Source: Eledone cirrhosa
Lineage: Eukaryota
Direction of reading: 5' to 3'
Assembly (NCBI GenBank): GCA_964016885.1
Contig: OZ024753.1
Location: 24,614,001 to 24,678,000 of the forward strand
DNA length: 64,000 nucleotides
The notes beneath the pieces were generated by a model. The model was not told the origin of the DNA. It searched no databases and was given only the letters and a program-made list of their open reading frames with translations. A program made the position numbers and the translations under genes. Shown here piece after piece: positions 27,001 through 41,733 of this stretch (positions are counted from its first letter, which is position 1; each line of letters begins with the position of its first letter).

Positions 27001-30000
27001 AACAGAAGGGGAAGTGGAAGACTGAAATAGAAGAGGAAGACTGAAACAGAAGGGGAAGACTGAAACAGAAGGGGAAGTGGAAGAAAGAAACAGAAGTGGA
27101 AGACTGCAATAGAAGAGGAAGACTGAAACAGAAGTGGAAGACTGAAACAGAAGATGAAGACAGAAACAGAAGGAGAAGAGTGAAACAGAAGGGGAAGTGG
27201 AAGACTGAAACAGAAGGGGAAGACTGAAACAGAAGGGGAAGAAGGAAACAGAAGTGGAAGACTGAAACAGATGAGGAAGACTGAAACAGAAGCGGAAGAC
27301 TGAAACAGAAGGGGAAGACTGAAACAGAAGGGGAAGACTGAAACAGAAGTGGAAGAATGAAACAGAAGAGGAAGACTGAAACAGAAGTGGAAGACTGAAG
27401 CAGAAGGGGAAGTGGAAAAAGGAAACAGAAGTGGAAGACTGAAATAGAAGAAGAAGACAGAAACAGAAGGGGCAGACTGAAACAGAAAGGGAAGTGGAAG
27501 ACTGAAAAAAAAGAGCAAGACTGAAACAGAAGGGGAAGTGGAAGACTGAAACAGAAGGGGAAGAATGATAAAGAAGGGGAAGACTGAAACAGAAGGGGAA
27601 GAAGGAAACAGAAGTGGAAGACTGAAACAGAAGAGGAAGACTGAAACAGAAGGGGAAGACTGAAACAGAAGCGGAAGACTGAAACAGAAGGGGATGACTG
27701 AAACAGAAGGGGAAGACTGAAACAGAAGCGGAAGACTGAAACAGAAGGGGAAGTTGAAGACTGAAACAGAAGAAGAAGATGAAACAGAAGGGGAAGTCTG
27801 AAACAGAAGGAGAAGACTGAAGCAGAAGGGGAAGACTGAAACATAAGTGGAAGACTCAAGCGGAAGGGGAAGACTGAAGCAGAAGGGGAAGGCTTAAACA
27901 GAAGGGGAAGACTGAAACAGAAGCGCAAGACTGAAACAGAAGGGGAAGTGGAACACTGAAACAGAAGAGGAAGACTGAAACAGAAGGGGAAGACAAACAG
28001 AAGAGGAAGACTGAAACAGAAGGGGAAGTAGAAGAAAGAAACAGAAGTGGAAGACTGCAATAGAAGAGGAAGACTGAAACAGAAGTGGAAGACTGAAACA
28101 GAAGATGAAGACAGAAACAGAAGGAGAAGAGTGAAACAGAAGGGGAAGTGGAAGACTGAAACAGAAGGGGAAGACTGATACAGAAGGGGAAGACTGAAAC
28201 AGAAGGGGAAGAAGGAAACAGAAGTGGAAGACTGAAACAGATGAGGAAGACTGAAACAGAAGCGGAAGACTGAAACAGAAGCAGAAGACTGAAACAGAAG
28301 GGAATGACTGAAACAGAAGGGGAAGACTGAAACAGAAGCGGAAGACTGAAACAGAAGGGGAAGTGGAAGACTGAAACAGAAGAGGAAGACTGAAACAGAA
28401 GGGGAAGACTGAAGCAGAAAGGAAAGACAGAAACAGAAGTGGAAGACTGAAACAGACGATGAAGACAGAAACAGAAGGGGAAGACTGAGACAGAAGAGGA
28501 AGACTAAAACAGAAGGGGAAGACTGAAAGAGAAGGCGAAGACTGAAAGAGAAGGGGAAGACAGAAACAGAAGGGGAAGACTGAAACAGAAGAGGGAGACT
28601 AAAACAGAACAGGAAGACTGAAACAGAACCTGCAGACTGACACAGGAGCGGAAGACTGAAACAGGAGCGGAAGACTAAAACAGGAGCGGAAGACTGAAAC
28701 AGAAGTGGAAGACTGAAACAGAAGAGGAAGACTGAAGCAGAAGGGGAAGTCTGAAACAGAAGGGGAAGTCTGTATTAGAAGTGGAAGACTGAAACAGAAG
28801 TGGAAGACTGAAAGTAGAAGACTGAAAGTAGAAGACTGAAACAGAAGAGGAAGTCTGCAACAGAAGGCGAGGACAGAAGTAGAAGGGGAAGACTGAAGCA
28901 GAAGGGGAAGACTGAAACAGAAGGGGAAGACTGAAACAGAAGAGGAAGACTAAAACAGAAGAGGAAGACTGAAACAGAACCTGAAGACTGAAACAGGAGC
29001 GGAAGACTGGAGCAGCAGCGGAAGACTGAAACAGAAGAGGAACACTGGAGCAGAAGGGGAAGTCTGAAGCAGAACTGGAAGACTGAAGCAGAAGTGGAAG
29101 ACTGAAACAGAAGTGGAAGACTGAAAGTGGAAGACTGAAACAGAAGTGGAAGACTGAAACAGAAGTGGTAGACTGAAACAGAAAGGGAAGACTGAAACAG
29201 AAGGGGAAGACATAAACAGAAGGAGAAGACTGAGACATAAGGGGAAGTGGAAGACTGAAACAGAAGAGGAAGGCTGAAACAGAAGGGCAAGAAGGAAACA
29301 GAAGTGGAATACTGAAACAGAAGGGGAAGTGGAAGACGGAAGCAGAAGAGGAAGGCAGAAACAGAAGGGGAAGACTGAAACAGAAGAGGAAGGCAGAAAC
29401 AGAAGGGGAAGACTGAAACAGAAGGGGAAGACTGAAACAGAAGGGGAAGACTGAAACAGAAGCGGAAGACTGAAACAGAAGGGGAAGTGGAAGACTGAAA
29501 CAGAAGTGGAAGACTGAAATATAAGAGGAAGACTGAAACAGAAGAGGAAGACTGAAACAGAAGGGGAAGACTGAAACAGAAGGGGAAGGCTGAAACAGAA
29601 GGGGAAGACTGAAACAGAAGCGCAACACTGAAACAGAAGGGGAAGTGGAAGATTGAAATAGAAGAGGAAGACTGAAACAGAAGGGGAAGACTGAAACAGA
29701 AGGGGAAGTGGAAGAAAGAAACAGAAGTGGAAGACTGAAACAGAAGAGGAAGACTGAGACAGAAGCGCAACACTGAAACAGAAGGGGAATTGGAAGATTG
29801 AAATAGAAGAGGAAGACTGAAACAGAAGAGGAAGACTGAAACAGAAGGGGAAGACTGAAACAGAAGTGGAAGACTGAAACAGAAGAGGGAGACTAAAACA
29901 GAACAGGAAGACTGAAACAGAACCTGCAGACTGACACAGGAGCGGAAGACTGAAACAGGAGCGGAAGACTAAAACAGGAGCGGAAGACTGAAACAGAAGT

Positions 30001-33000
30001 GGAAGACTGAAACAGAAGAGGAAGACTGAAGCAGAAGGGGAAGTCTGAAACAGAAGGGGAAGTCTGTAATAGAAGTAGAAGACTGAAACAGAAGTGGAAG
30101 ACTGAAAGTAGAAGACTGAAACAGAAGAGGAAGTCTGAAACAGAAGGCGAAGACAGAAGTAGAAGGGGAAGACTGAAGCAGAAGGGGAGACTGAAACAGA
30201 GGGGGAAGACTGAAACAGAAGAGGAAGACTAAAACAGAAGAGGAAGACTGAAACAGAACCTGAAGACTGAAACAGGAGCGGAAGACTGGAGCAGCAGCGG
30301 AAGACTGAAACAGAAGAGGAACACTGGAGCCGAAGGGGAAGTCTGAAGCAGAACTGGAAGACTGAAGCAGAAGTGGAAGACTGAAACAGAAGTGGAAGAC
30401 TGAAAGTGGAAGACTGAAACAGAAGTGGAAGACTGAAACAGAAGTGGTAGACTGAAACAGAAAGGGAAGACTGAAACAGAAGGGGGAGACAGAAACAGAA
30501 GGAGAAGACTGAAACAGAAGGGGAAGTGGAAGACTGAAACAGAAGAGGAAGGCTGAAACAGAAGGGGAAGAAGGAAACAGAAGTGGAATACTGAAACAGA
30601 AGGGGAAGTGGAAGACGGAAGCAGAAGAGGAAGACAGAAACAGAAGGGGAAGACTGAAACAGAAGAGGAAGACTGAAACAGAAGGGGAAGACTGAAACAG
30701 AAGGGGAAGACTGAAACAGAAGGGGAAGACTGAAACAGAAGCAGAAGACTGAAACAGAAGGGGAAGTGGAAGACTGAAACAGAAGTGGAAGACTGAAATA
30801 TAAGAGGAAGACTGAAACAGAAGAGGAAGACTGAAACAGAAGGGGAAGACTGAAACAGAAGGGGAAGGCTGAAACAGAAGGGGAAGACTGAAACAGAAGC
30901 GCAACACTGAAACAGAAGGGGAAGTGGAAGACTGAAATAGAAGAGGAAGACTGAAACAGAAGGGGAAGACTGAAACAGAAGGGAAAGTGGAAGAAAGAAA
31001 CAGAAGTGGAAGACTGCAATAGAAGAGGAAGACTGAAACAGAAGTGGAAGACTGAAACAGAAGATGAAGACAGAAACAGAAGGAGAAGAGTGAAACAGAA
31101 GGGGAAGTGGAAGACTGAAACAGAAGGGGAAGACTGATACAGAAGGGGAAGACTGAAACAGAAGGGGAAGAAGGAAACACAAGTGGAAGACTGAAACAGA
31201 TGAGGAAGACTGAAACAGAAGCGGAAGACTGAAACAGAAGGGGAAGACTGAAACAGAAGGGGAAGACTGAAACAGAAGTGGAAGACTGAAACAGAAGGGG
31301 AAGACTGAAACAGAAGTGGAAGACTGAAGCAGAAGGGGAAGTGGAAAAAGGAAACAGAAGTGGAAGACTGAAATAGAAGAGGAAGACTGAAACAGAAGGG
31401 GAAGACTGAAACAGAAAGGGAAGTGGAAGACTGAAAAAAAAGAGCAAGACTGAAACAGAAGGGGAAGGCTGAAACAGAAGGGGAAGAAGGAAACAGAAGG
31501 GGAAGACTGAAACAGAAGTGGAATAGTGAAACAGAAGGGGAAGTGGAAGACGGAAGCAGAAGAGGAAGACTGAAACAGAAGGGGAAGACTGAAACAGAAG
31601 AGGAAGACTGAAACAGAAGGGGAAGACTGAAACAGAAGGGGAAGTGGAAGACTGAAACAGAAGAGGAAGACTGAAACAGAAGGGGAAGACAAACAGAAGA
31701 GGAAGACTGAAACAGAAGGGGAAGACTGAAACAGAAGGGGAAGTGGAAGAAAGAAACAGAAGTGGAAGACTGCAATAGAAGAGGAAGACTGAAACAGAAG
31801 TGGAAGACTGAAACAGAAGATGAAGACAGAAACAGAAGGAGAAGAGTGAAACAGAAGGGGAAGTGGAAGACTGAAACAGAAGGGGAAGAATGATACAGAA
31901 GGGGAAGACTGAAACAGAAGGGGAAGAAGGAAACAGAAGTGGAAGACTGAAACAGATGAGGGAGACTGAAACAGAAGCGGAAGACTGAAACAGAAGGGGA
32001 TGACTGAAACAGAAGGGGAAGACTGAAACAGAAGCGGAAGAGTGAAACAGAAGGGGAAGTGGAAGACTGAAACAGAAGAGGAAGACTGAAACAGAAGGGG
32101 AAGTCTGAAACATAAGTGGAAGACTGAAGCAGAAGGGGAAGACTGAAGCAGAAGGGAAAGACAGAAACAGAAGTGAAAGACTGAAACAGACGATGAAGAC
32201 AGAAACAGAAGGGGAAGACTGAGACAGAAGTGGAAGACTAAAACAGAAGGGGAAGACTGAAAGAGAAGGGGAAGACTGAAACAGAGGGGGAAGACAGAAA
32301 CATAAGGGGAAGACTGAAACAGAAGAGGGAGACTAAAACAGAACAGGAAGACTGAAACAGAACCTGCAGACTGACACAGGAGCGGAAGACTGAAACAGGA
32401 GCGGAAGACTAAAACAGGAGCGGAAGACTGAAACAGAAGTGGAAGACTGAAACAGAAGAGGAAGACTGAAGCAGAAGGGGAAGTCTGAAACAGAAGGGGA
32501 AGTCTGTAATAGAAGTAGAAGACTGAAACAGAAGTGGAAGACTGAAACAGAAGGCGAAGACAGAAGTAGAAGGGGAAGACTGAAGCAGAAGGGGAAGACT
32601 GAAACAGAAGGGGAAGACTGAAACAGAAGGCGAAGACAGAAGTATGAGGGGAAGACTGAAACAGAACAGGAAGACTGAAACAGAACCTGCAGACTGACAC
32701 AGGAGCGGAAGACTGAAACAGGAGCGGAAGACTAAAACAGGAGCTGAAGACTGAAACAGAAGTGGAAGACTGAAACAGAAGGGGAAGACTGAAGCAGAAG
32801 GGGAAGTCTGAAGCAGAACTGGAAGACTGAAGCAGAAGTGGAAGATTGAAACAGAAGTGGAAGACTGAAAGTGGAAGACTGAAACAGAAGTGGAAGACTG
32901 AAACAGAAGTGGTAGACTGAAACAGAAAGGGAAGACTGAAACAGAAGGGGAAGACAGAAACAGAAGCGAAAGTGGAGGACTGAAACAGAAGTGGAAGACT

Positions 33001-36000
33001 GAAACAGAAGGGGAAGACTGAAACAGAAGGGGAAGACTGAAACAGAAGGGGAAGACTGAAACAGAAGCGGAAGACTGAAGCAGAAGGGGAAGTGGAAGAA
33101 GGAAACAGAAGTGGAAGACTGAAATAGAAGAGGAAGACTGAAACAGAAGTGGAAGAATGAAACAGAAGATGAAGACAGAAACAGAAGGAGAAGACTGAAA
33201 CAGAAGGGGAATACTGAAACAGAAGGGGAAGTGGAAGACGGAAGCAGAAGAGGAAGACAGAAACAGAAGGGGAAGACTGAAACAGAAGGGGAAGACTGAA
33301 ACAGAAGGGGAAGACTGAAACAGAAGGGGAAGACTGAAACAGAAGCGGAAGACTGAAACAGAAGGGGAAGTGGAAGACTGAAACAGAAGTGGAAGACTGA
33401 AATATAAGAGGAAGACTGAAACAGAAGTAGAAGACTGAAACAGAAGGGGAAGACAGAAACAGAAGGAGAAGACTGAAACAGAAGGGGAAGTGGAAGACTG
33501 AAACAGAAGGGGAAGAATGATAAAGAAGGGGAAGACTGAAGCAGAAGGGGAAGTGGAAGAAGGAAACAGAAGTGGAAGACTGAAATAGAAGAGGAAGACT
33601 GAAACAGAAGTGGAAGAATGAAACAGAAGATGAAGACAGAAACAGAAGGAGAAAACTGAAACAGAAGGGGAATACTGAAACAGAAGGGGAAGTGGAAGAC
33701 GGAAGCAGAAGAGGAAGACAGAAACAGAAGGGGAAGACTGAAACAGAAGAGGAAGACTGAAACAGAAGGGGAAGACTGAAACAGAAGGGGAAGACTGAAA
33801 CAGAAGTGGAAGACTGAAACAGAAGATGAGGACAGAAACAGAAGGAGAAGACTGAAACAGAAGGGGAAGTGGAAGATTGAAACAGAAGGGGAAGACTGAT
33901 ACAGAAGGGGAAGACTGAAACAGAAGGGGAAGAAGGAAACAGAAGGGGAAGACTGAAACAGAAGGGGAAGACTGAAACAGAAGGGGAAGACTGAAACAGA
34001 AGCGGAAGACTGAAACAGAAGGGGAAGTGGAAGACTGAAACAGAAGGGGAAGACTGAAACAGAAGCGGAAGACTGAAACAGAAGAGGAAGTGGAAGACTG
34101 AAACAGAAGAGGAAGACTGAAACAGAAGGGGAAGACTGAAACAGAAGGGGAAGACTGAAACAGAAGTGGAAGACTGAAACAGAAGGGGAAGACTGAAACA
34201 GAAGTGGAAGACTGAAACAGAAGATGAGGACAGAAACAGAAGGAGAAGACTGAAACAGAAGGGGAAGTGGAAGACTGAAACAGAAGGGGAAGACTGATAC
34301 AGAAGGGGAAGACTGAAACAGAAGGGGAAGAAGGAAACAGAAGTGGAAGACTGAAACAGAAGAGGAAGACTGAAACAGAAGGGGAAGACTGAAACAGAAG
34401 CGGAAGACTGAAACAGAAGGGGAAGACTGAAACAGAAGGGGAAGACTGAAACAGAAGCGGAAGACTGAAACAGAAGGGGAAGTGGAAGACTGAAACCGAA
34501 GAGGAAGACTGAAACAGAAGGGGAAGTCTGAAACAAAAGGGGAAGACTGAAGCAGAAGGGGAAGACTGAAGCAGAAGGGGAAGACAGAAACAGAAGTGGA
34601 AGACTGAAACAGACGATGAAGACAGAAACAGAAGGGGAAGACTGAAACAGAAGAGGAAGACTAAAACAGAAGGGGAAGACTGAAACAGAAGGGGAAGACT
34701 GAAACAGAAGAGGGAGACTAAAACAGAACAGGAAGACTGAAACAGAACCTGCAGACTGACACAGGAGTGGAAGTCTGAAACAGGTTGGGGAAGACTGAAA
34801 CAGAAGTGGAAGACTGAAACAGAAGGGGAAGTGGAAGACTGAAACAGAAGTGGAAGACTGAAATATAAGAGGAAGACTGAAACAGAAGAGGAAGACTGAA
34901 ACAGAAGGGGAAGACTGAAACAGAAGGGGAAGGCTGAAACAGAAGGGGAAGTCTGAAACAGAAGTGCAACACTGAAACAGAAGGGGAAGTGGAAGACTGA
35001 AATAGAAGAGGAAGACTGAAACAGAAGGGGAAGACTGAAACAGAAGGGGAAGTGGAAGAAAGAAACAGAAGTGGAAGACTGCAATAGAAGAGGAAGACTG
35101 AAACAGAAGTGGAAGATTGAAACAGAAGATGAAGACAGAAACAGAAGGAGAAGAGTGAAACAGAAGGGGAAGTGGAAGACTGAAACAGAAGGGGAAGACT
35201 GAAACAGAAGGGGAAGAAGGAAACAGAAGTGGAAGACTGAAACAGAAGTGGAAGACTGAAAGTAGAAGACTGAAACAGACGATGAAGACAGAAACAGAAG
35301 GGGCAGACTGAAACAGAAGAGGAAGACTAAAACAGAAGGGGAAGACTGAAACAGAAGGGGAAGACTGAAACAGAAGAGGGAGACTAAAACAGAACAGGAA
35401 GACTGAAACTGAACCTGCAGACTGACACAGGAGTGGAAGTCTGAAACAGGTTGGGGAAGACTGAAACAGAAGGGGAAGACTGAAATAGAAGGTGAAGACT
35501 GAAGCAGAAGGGGAAGACTGAAACAGAAGTGGAAGACCGAAACAGAAGGGGAAGACTGAAACAGAAGAGGAAGATAAAACAGAAGAGGAAGACTGAAACA
35601 GAACCTGAAGACTGAAACAGGAGCGGAAGACTGAAACAGAAGAGGAAGTCTGGAGCAGATGGGGAAGTCTGAAGCAGAACTGGAAGACTGAAGCAGAAGT
35701 GGAAGACTGAAACAGAAGTGGAAGACTGAAAGCGGAAGACTGAAACAGAAGTGTAAGACTGAAACAGAAGTGGAAGTGGAAGTCTGAAACAGAAGAGGAA
35801 GGCTGAAACAGAAGGGGAAGACTGAAACAGAAGAAGAAGCTGAAACAGAAGGGGAAGACTGAAATAGAAGTGGAAGGCTGAAACAGAAGGGGAAGACTGA
35901 AACAGAAGAGGAAAACTGAAACAGAAGGGGAAGACTGAAACAGAAGGGGAAGACTGAAACAGAAGGGGAAGACTGAAACAGAAGGGGAAGACTGAAGCAG

Positions 36001-39000
36001 AAGGGGAAGTGGAAGAATGAAACAGAAGCGGAAGACTGAAACAGAAGGGGAAGACTGAAACAGAAGGGGAAGACTGAAACAGAAGCGGAAGACTGAAACT
36101 GAAGGGGAAGTGGAAGACTGAAACAGAAGTGGAAGACTGAAACAGAAGGGGAAGTTTGAAACAGAAGGGGAAGACTGAAACAGAAGAGGAAGACTGAAAC
36201 AGAAGGGGAAGTCTGAAACAGAAGGGGAAGACTGAAGCAGAAGGGGAAGACTGAAACAGAAGTGGAAGACTGAAACTGAAGGGGAAGACTGAAACAGAAG
36301 GGGAAGACTGAAACAGAAGGGGAAGACTGAAGCAGAAGGGGAAGACTGAAACATAAGTGGAAGACTCAAGCAGAAGGGGAAGACTGAAGCAGAAGGGGAA
36401 GACAGAAACAGAAGTAGAAGACTGAAACAGACGATGAAGACAGAAACAGAAGGGGAAGCCTGAAACAGAAGAGGAAGACTAAAACAGAAGGGGAAGACTG
36501 AAACAGAAGGGAAAGACTGAAACAGAAGGGGAAGACAGAAACAGAAGGGGATGCCTGAAACAGAAGAGGTAGACTAAAACAGAACAGGAAGACTGAAACA
36601 GAAGCGGAAGACAGAAACAGAAGCGAAAGTGGAGGACTGAAACAGAAGTGGAAGACTGAAACAGAAGGGGAAGACTGAAACAGAAGGGGAAGACTGAAAC
36701 AGAAGGGGATGACAGAAACAGAAGCGGAAGACTGAAGCAGAACAGGAAGACTGAAACAGAACCTGCAGACTGACACAGGAGTGGAAGTCTGAAACAGGTT
36801 GGGGAAGACTGAAACAGAAGTGGAAGACTGAAACAGAAGAGGAAGTCTGAAGCAGAAGAGGAAGTCTGAAACAGAAGGAGAAGTCTGTAACAGAAGAGGA
36901 AGACTGAAACAGAAGTGGAAGACTGAAAGAAGAAGACTGAAACAGACGATGAAGACAGAAACAGAAGGGGCAGACTGAAACAGAAGAGGAAGACTAAAAC
37001 AGAAGGGGAAGACTGAAACAGAAGGGGAAGACTGAAACAGAAGAGGGAGACTAAAACAGAACAGGAAGACTGAAACTGAACCTGCAGACTGACACAGGAG
37101 TGGAAGTCTGAAACAGGTTGGGGAAGACTGAAACAGAAGGGGAAGACTGAAATAGAAGGTGAAGACTGAAGCAGAAGGGGAAGACTGAAACAGAAGTGGA
37201 AGACCGAAACAGAAGGGGAAGACTGAAACAGAAGAGGAAGATAAAACAGAAGAGGAAGACTGAAACAGAACCTGAAGACTGAAACAGGAGCGGAAGACTG
37301 AAACAGAAGAGGAAGACTGGAGCAGATGGGGAAGTCTGAAGCAGAACTGGAAGACTGAAGCAGAAGTGGAAGACTGAAAGCGGAAGACTGAAACAGAAGT
37401 GTAAGACTGAAACAGAAGTGGAAGTGGAAGTCTGAAACAGAAGAGGAAGGCTGAAACAGAAGGGGAAGACTGAAACAGAAGAAGAAGCTGAAACAGAAGG
37501 GGAAGACTGAAATAGAAGTGGAAGGCTGAAACAGAAGGGGAAGACTGAAACAGAAGAGGAAAACTGAAACAGAAGGGGAAGACTGAAACAGAAGGGGAAG
37601 ACTGAAACAGAAGGGGAAGACTGAAACAGAAGGGGAAGACTGAAGCAGAAGGGGAAGTGGAAGAATGAAACAGAAGCGGAAGACTGAAACAGAAGGGGAA
37701 GACTGAAACAGAAGGGGAAGACTGAAACAGAAGCGGAAGACTGAAACTGAAGGGGAAGTGGAAGACTGAAACAGAAGTGGAAGACTGAAACAGAAGGGGA
37801 AGTTTGAAACAGAAGGGGAAGACTGAAACAGAAGAGGAAGACTGAAACAGAAGGGGAAGTCTGAAACAGAAGGGGAAGACTGAAGCAGAAGGGGAAGACT
37901 GAAACAGAAGTGGAAGACTGAAACTGAAGGGGAAGACTGAAACAGAAGGGGAAGACTGAAACAGAAGGGGAAGACTGAAGCAGAAGGGGAAGACTGAAAC
38001 ATAAGTGGAAGACTCAAGCAGAAGGGGAAGACTGAAGCAGAAGGGGAAAACAGAAACAGAAGTAGAAGACTGAAACAGACGATGAAGACAGAAACAGAAG
38101 GGGAAGCCTGAAACAGAAGAGGAAGACTAAAACAGAAGGGGAAGACTGAAACAGAAGGGAAAGACTGAAACAGAAGGGGAAGACAGAAACAGAAGGGGAT
38201 GCCTGAAACAGAAGAGGTAGACTAAAACAGAACAGGAAGACTGAAACAGAAGCGGAAGACAGAAACAGAAGCGAAAGTGGAGGACTGAAACAGAAGTGGA
38301 AGACTGAAACAGAAGGGGAAGACTGAAACAGAAGGGGAAGACTGAAACAGAAGGGGATGACAGAAACAGAAGCGGAAGACTGAAGCAGAAGGGGAAGTGG
38401 AAGAAGGAAACAGAAGTGGAAGACTGAAATAGAAGAGGAATACTGAAACAGAAGTGGAAGACTGAAACAAAAGATTAAGACAGAAACAGAAGGAGAAGAC
38501 TGAAACAGAAGGGGAAGTGATAGACTGAAACAGAAGGGGAAGACTGATACAGAAGGGGAAGACTGAAACAGAAGGGGAAGAAGGAAACAGAAGTGGAAGA
38601 CTGAAACAGACGGGGAAGACTGAAACAGAAGGGGAAGACTGAAACAGAAGCGGAAGACTGAAACAGAAGGGAAAGTGGAAGACTGAAACAGAAGAGGAAG
38701 ACTGAAACAGAAGGGGAAGTCTGAAACAGAAGGGGAAGACTGAAGCAGAAGGGGAAGACTGAAACAGAAGAGGAAGACTAAAACAGAAGGGGAAGACTGA
38801 AACAGAAGGGGAAGTGGAAGACTGAAACAGAAGAGGAAGACTGAAACAGAAGGGGAAGACTGAAACAGAAGGGGAAGACTGAAACAGAAGCGGAAGACTG
38901 AAACAGAAACAGAAGGGGAAGGCTGAAACAGAAGGGGAAGGCTGAAACAGAAGGGGAAGTCTGAAACAGAAAGGAAAGACTGAAACAGAAGTGGAAGACT

Positions 39001-40525
39001 GAAACAGAAGGGGAAGACTGAAGCAGAAGGGGAAGACAGAAACAGAAGTGGAAGACTCAAGCAGAAGGGGAAGACTGAAGCAGAAGGGGAAGACAGAAAC
39101 AGAAGTGGAAGACTGAAACAGACGATGAAGACAGAAACAGAAGTCGAAGACTGAAACAAAAGAGGAAGACTAAAACAGAAGGGGAAGACTGAAACAGAAG
39201 GGGAAGACAGAAACAGAAGGGGAAGACTGAAACAGAAGCGGAAGTGGAAGACTGAAACAGAAGGGGAAGACTGAAACAGAAGTGGAAGACTGAAACAGAA
39301 GTGGAAGTCTGAAACAGAAGTGGAAGACTGAAACAGAAGGGGAAGACTGAAACAGAAGTGGAAGACTGAAACAGAAGAGGAAGTCTGAAACAGAAGTGGA
39401 AGACTGAAACAGAAGAGGAAGTCTGAAACAGAAGGGGAAGACTGAAACAGAAGTGGAAGACTGAAACAGAAGAAGAAGCTGAAACAGAAGGGGAAGGCTG
39501 AAACAGAAGAGGAAGGCTGAAACAGAAGGGGAAGACTGAAACAGAAGGGGAAGACAGAAACAGAAGGGGAAGACTGAAACAGAAGGGGAAGACTGAAACA
39601 GAAGCGGAAGACTGAAACAGAAGTGGAAGACTGAAACAGAAGCGGAAGACTGAAACAGAAGTGCAAGACTGAAACAGAAGGGTAAGACAGAAACAGAAGG
39701 GGAAGGCTGAAACAGAAGGGGAAGACTGAAACAGAAGCGGAAGGCTGAAACAGAAGGGGAAGACTGAAACAGAAGGGTAAGACAGAAACAGAAGGGGAAG
39801 GCTGAAACAGAAGGGGAAGACTGAAACAGAAGCGGAAGTGGAAGACTGAAACAGAAGGGGAAGACTGAAACAGAAGGGGAAGACTGAAACAGAAAAGGAA
39901 GGCTGAAACAGAAGGGGAAGACTGAAACAGAAGGGTAAGACAGAAACAGAAGGGGAAGGCTGAAACAGAAGGGGAAGACTGAAACAGAAGCGGAAGACTG
40001 AAACAGAAGTGGAAGACTGAAACAGAAGCGGAAGTGGAAGACTGAAACAGAAGGGGAAGACTGAAACAGAAGTGGAAGACTGAAACAGAAGAGGAAGTCT
40101 AAAACAAGTGGAAGACTGAAACAGAAGAGGAAGTCTGAAACAGAAGGGGAAGACTGAAACAGAAGTGGAAGACTGAAACAGAAGAGGAAGACTGAAACAG
40201 AAGGGGAAGACTGAAAGTGAAAGACTGAAACAGAAGGGGAAGTCTGAAACAGAAGTGGAAGACTGAAACAGAAGCGGAAGTGGAAGACTGAAACAGAAGG
40301 GGAAGACTGAAACAGAAGGGGAAGTGGAAGACTGAAACAAGAGGAAGACTGAAACAGAAGGGGAAGCGGAAGACTGAAATAGAAGAGGGAGACTGAAGCA
40401 GAAGGGGAAGTGGAAGAAGGAAACAAAAGTGGAAGACCTAAATAGAAGAGGAAGACTGAAGCAGAAGGGGAAGACAAACAGAAGAGGAAGACTGAAACAG
40501 AAGTGGAAGACTGAAGCAGAAGGGA
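15026..40525. repeat. 19-bp purine-rich satellite, ~25.5 kb, roughly 1,300 monomers
   Basis: Monomer GAAGACTGAAACAGAAGNG with 25-bp (+GAAGTG) and 13-bp variants; three monomers = 57 bp = the 19-aa repeat SVSVFPFCFSLPLLFQSSP in the minus ORFs. Confidence 0.99.
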
Positions 40526-41673
40526 GTTGGCTTATATTTGAGCATATACAGAATGTCTGAATAAAAGTTTTTCTCTATGATGTCTCAGCTACAATATTAT
40601 ACAGCAACTTAACGCTTTCTATACCAACCTACCTAAAATCACTTCTGGTTTTATCTAATCACCCATCATTCTAAAGGTATTTTATGGAAATTAAAGCCTT
40701 CCATCTTAATTTGATATAATAAGAATCTTTTATGTTATGAAAACCATCTGCAATGTGGCGACCAAGGACACCAGAGGTTTTGACAGGAGTCGTATAATCT
40801 CTGGTATTTGTTGACCTTCTTCTCCTCAGCATTGCTGCAGAAGCAACAAGTTTGGAGGCAAAAACGAGTCCCAATATCTCACTTCCCAGATTAGGGATTT
40901 ACCAATTTGAAGTTGGTTCATCATCAAAATATTGAGCCCAAATATAACCCATCCGTTTTCTTCCATTGATTTTTTGTTACATATTCACCAGTTTATATTC
41001 AAGTATACACAGTAACTCCCTGGAATGGGAAGAGGGTTATTTCATCAGGATGTTTACCATTGTCACAAGATCAGCTGGCTCCAGCTGTGACAGGAAAGCT
41101 GGCTGCATTGAGGCTCCTCAGTAATGAAATTAAAATTTAGTAAATCCCTCGAAATTCTTCATTAATTAAATGCAAAAAATTGCATTGGAAATATAGCGAT
41201 GAAAGAGTTAATACTACCAGACTGACTGATTACATATACCTCAATCTATTTAGTTGCCACTCTATAATCTACATGGCAGTCAGTCTGTCATATTTTAGTT
41301 TTACCATTCTCCTGTATTAGTTAATTAAAAATGGTATTTTTGCTTTTATCTGTTGCAGTTTCTTACCAATAGTCTTTGATTTTAGAATGCAATCAAAAAT
41401 AACCCCAGTCATTCGTTTGATCTGTTATCTATTTTAAATTCCAATCTTCTTATAAAATTTTATTGTATTCACCTCATAACATTTCAAAAGAATCTCGTGT
41501 TTTATTTTTCTGTTATGTGTTTAGCTTTTAGCATTTTCCAGCAATTAGTTTGTAAAGCACTATTTCCTAAGAACATTTAAAGAGTTTATATATGTGTATG
41601 TATGTGTTCATGTGTGTGCATATGCTTATGTGTATGTATATGGGTATAAGTATACACACCCCCACACACACAA

Positions 41674-41733
<60 letters not shown>

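Noticed and set aside
14961-40477. Very long minus-strand ORFs (up to 2046 aa) rich in F/S/L/P/C
   Set aside because: By-product of a 19-bp repeat with no stop on that strand; all three frames give the same peptide and indels are not constrained to keep frame
15026-40525. CRISPR-like array, or TGA-readthrough protein on the plus strand
   Set aside because: No unique spacers or cas genes; eukaryotic context; no evidence of recoding signals
40860-41120. Hammerhead- or HDV-like folds on the minus strand
   Set aside because: Some hairpins exist but core boxes are incomplete; could not build a convincing structure by eye
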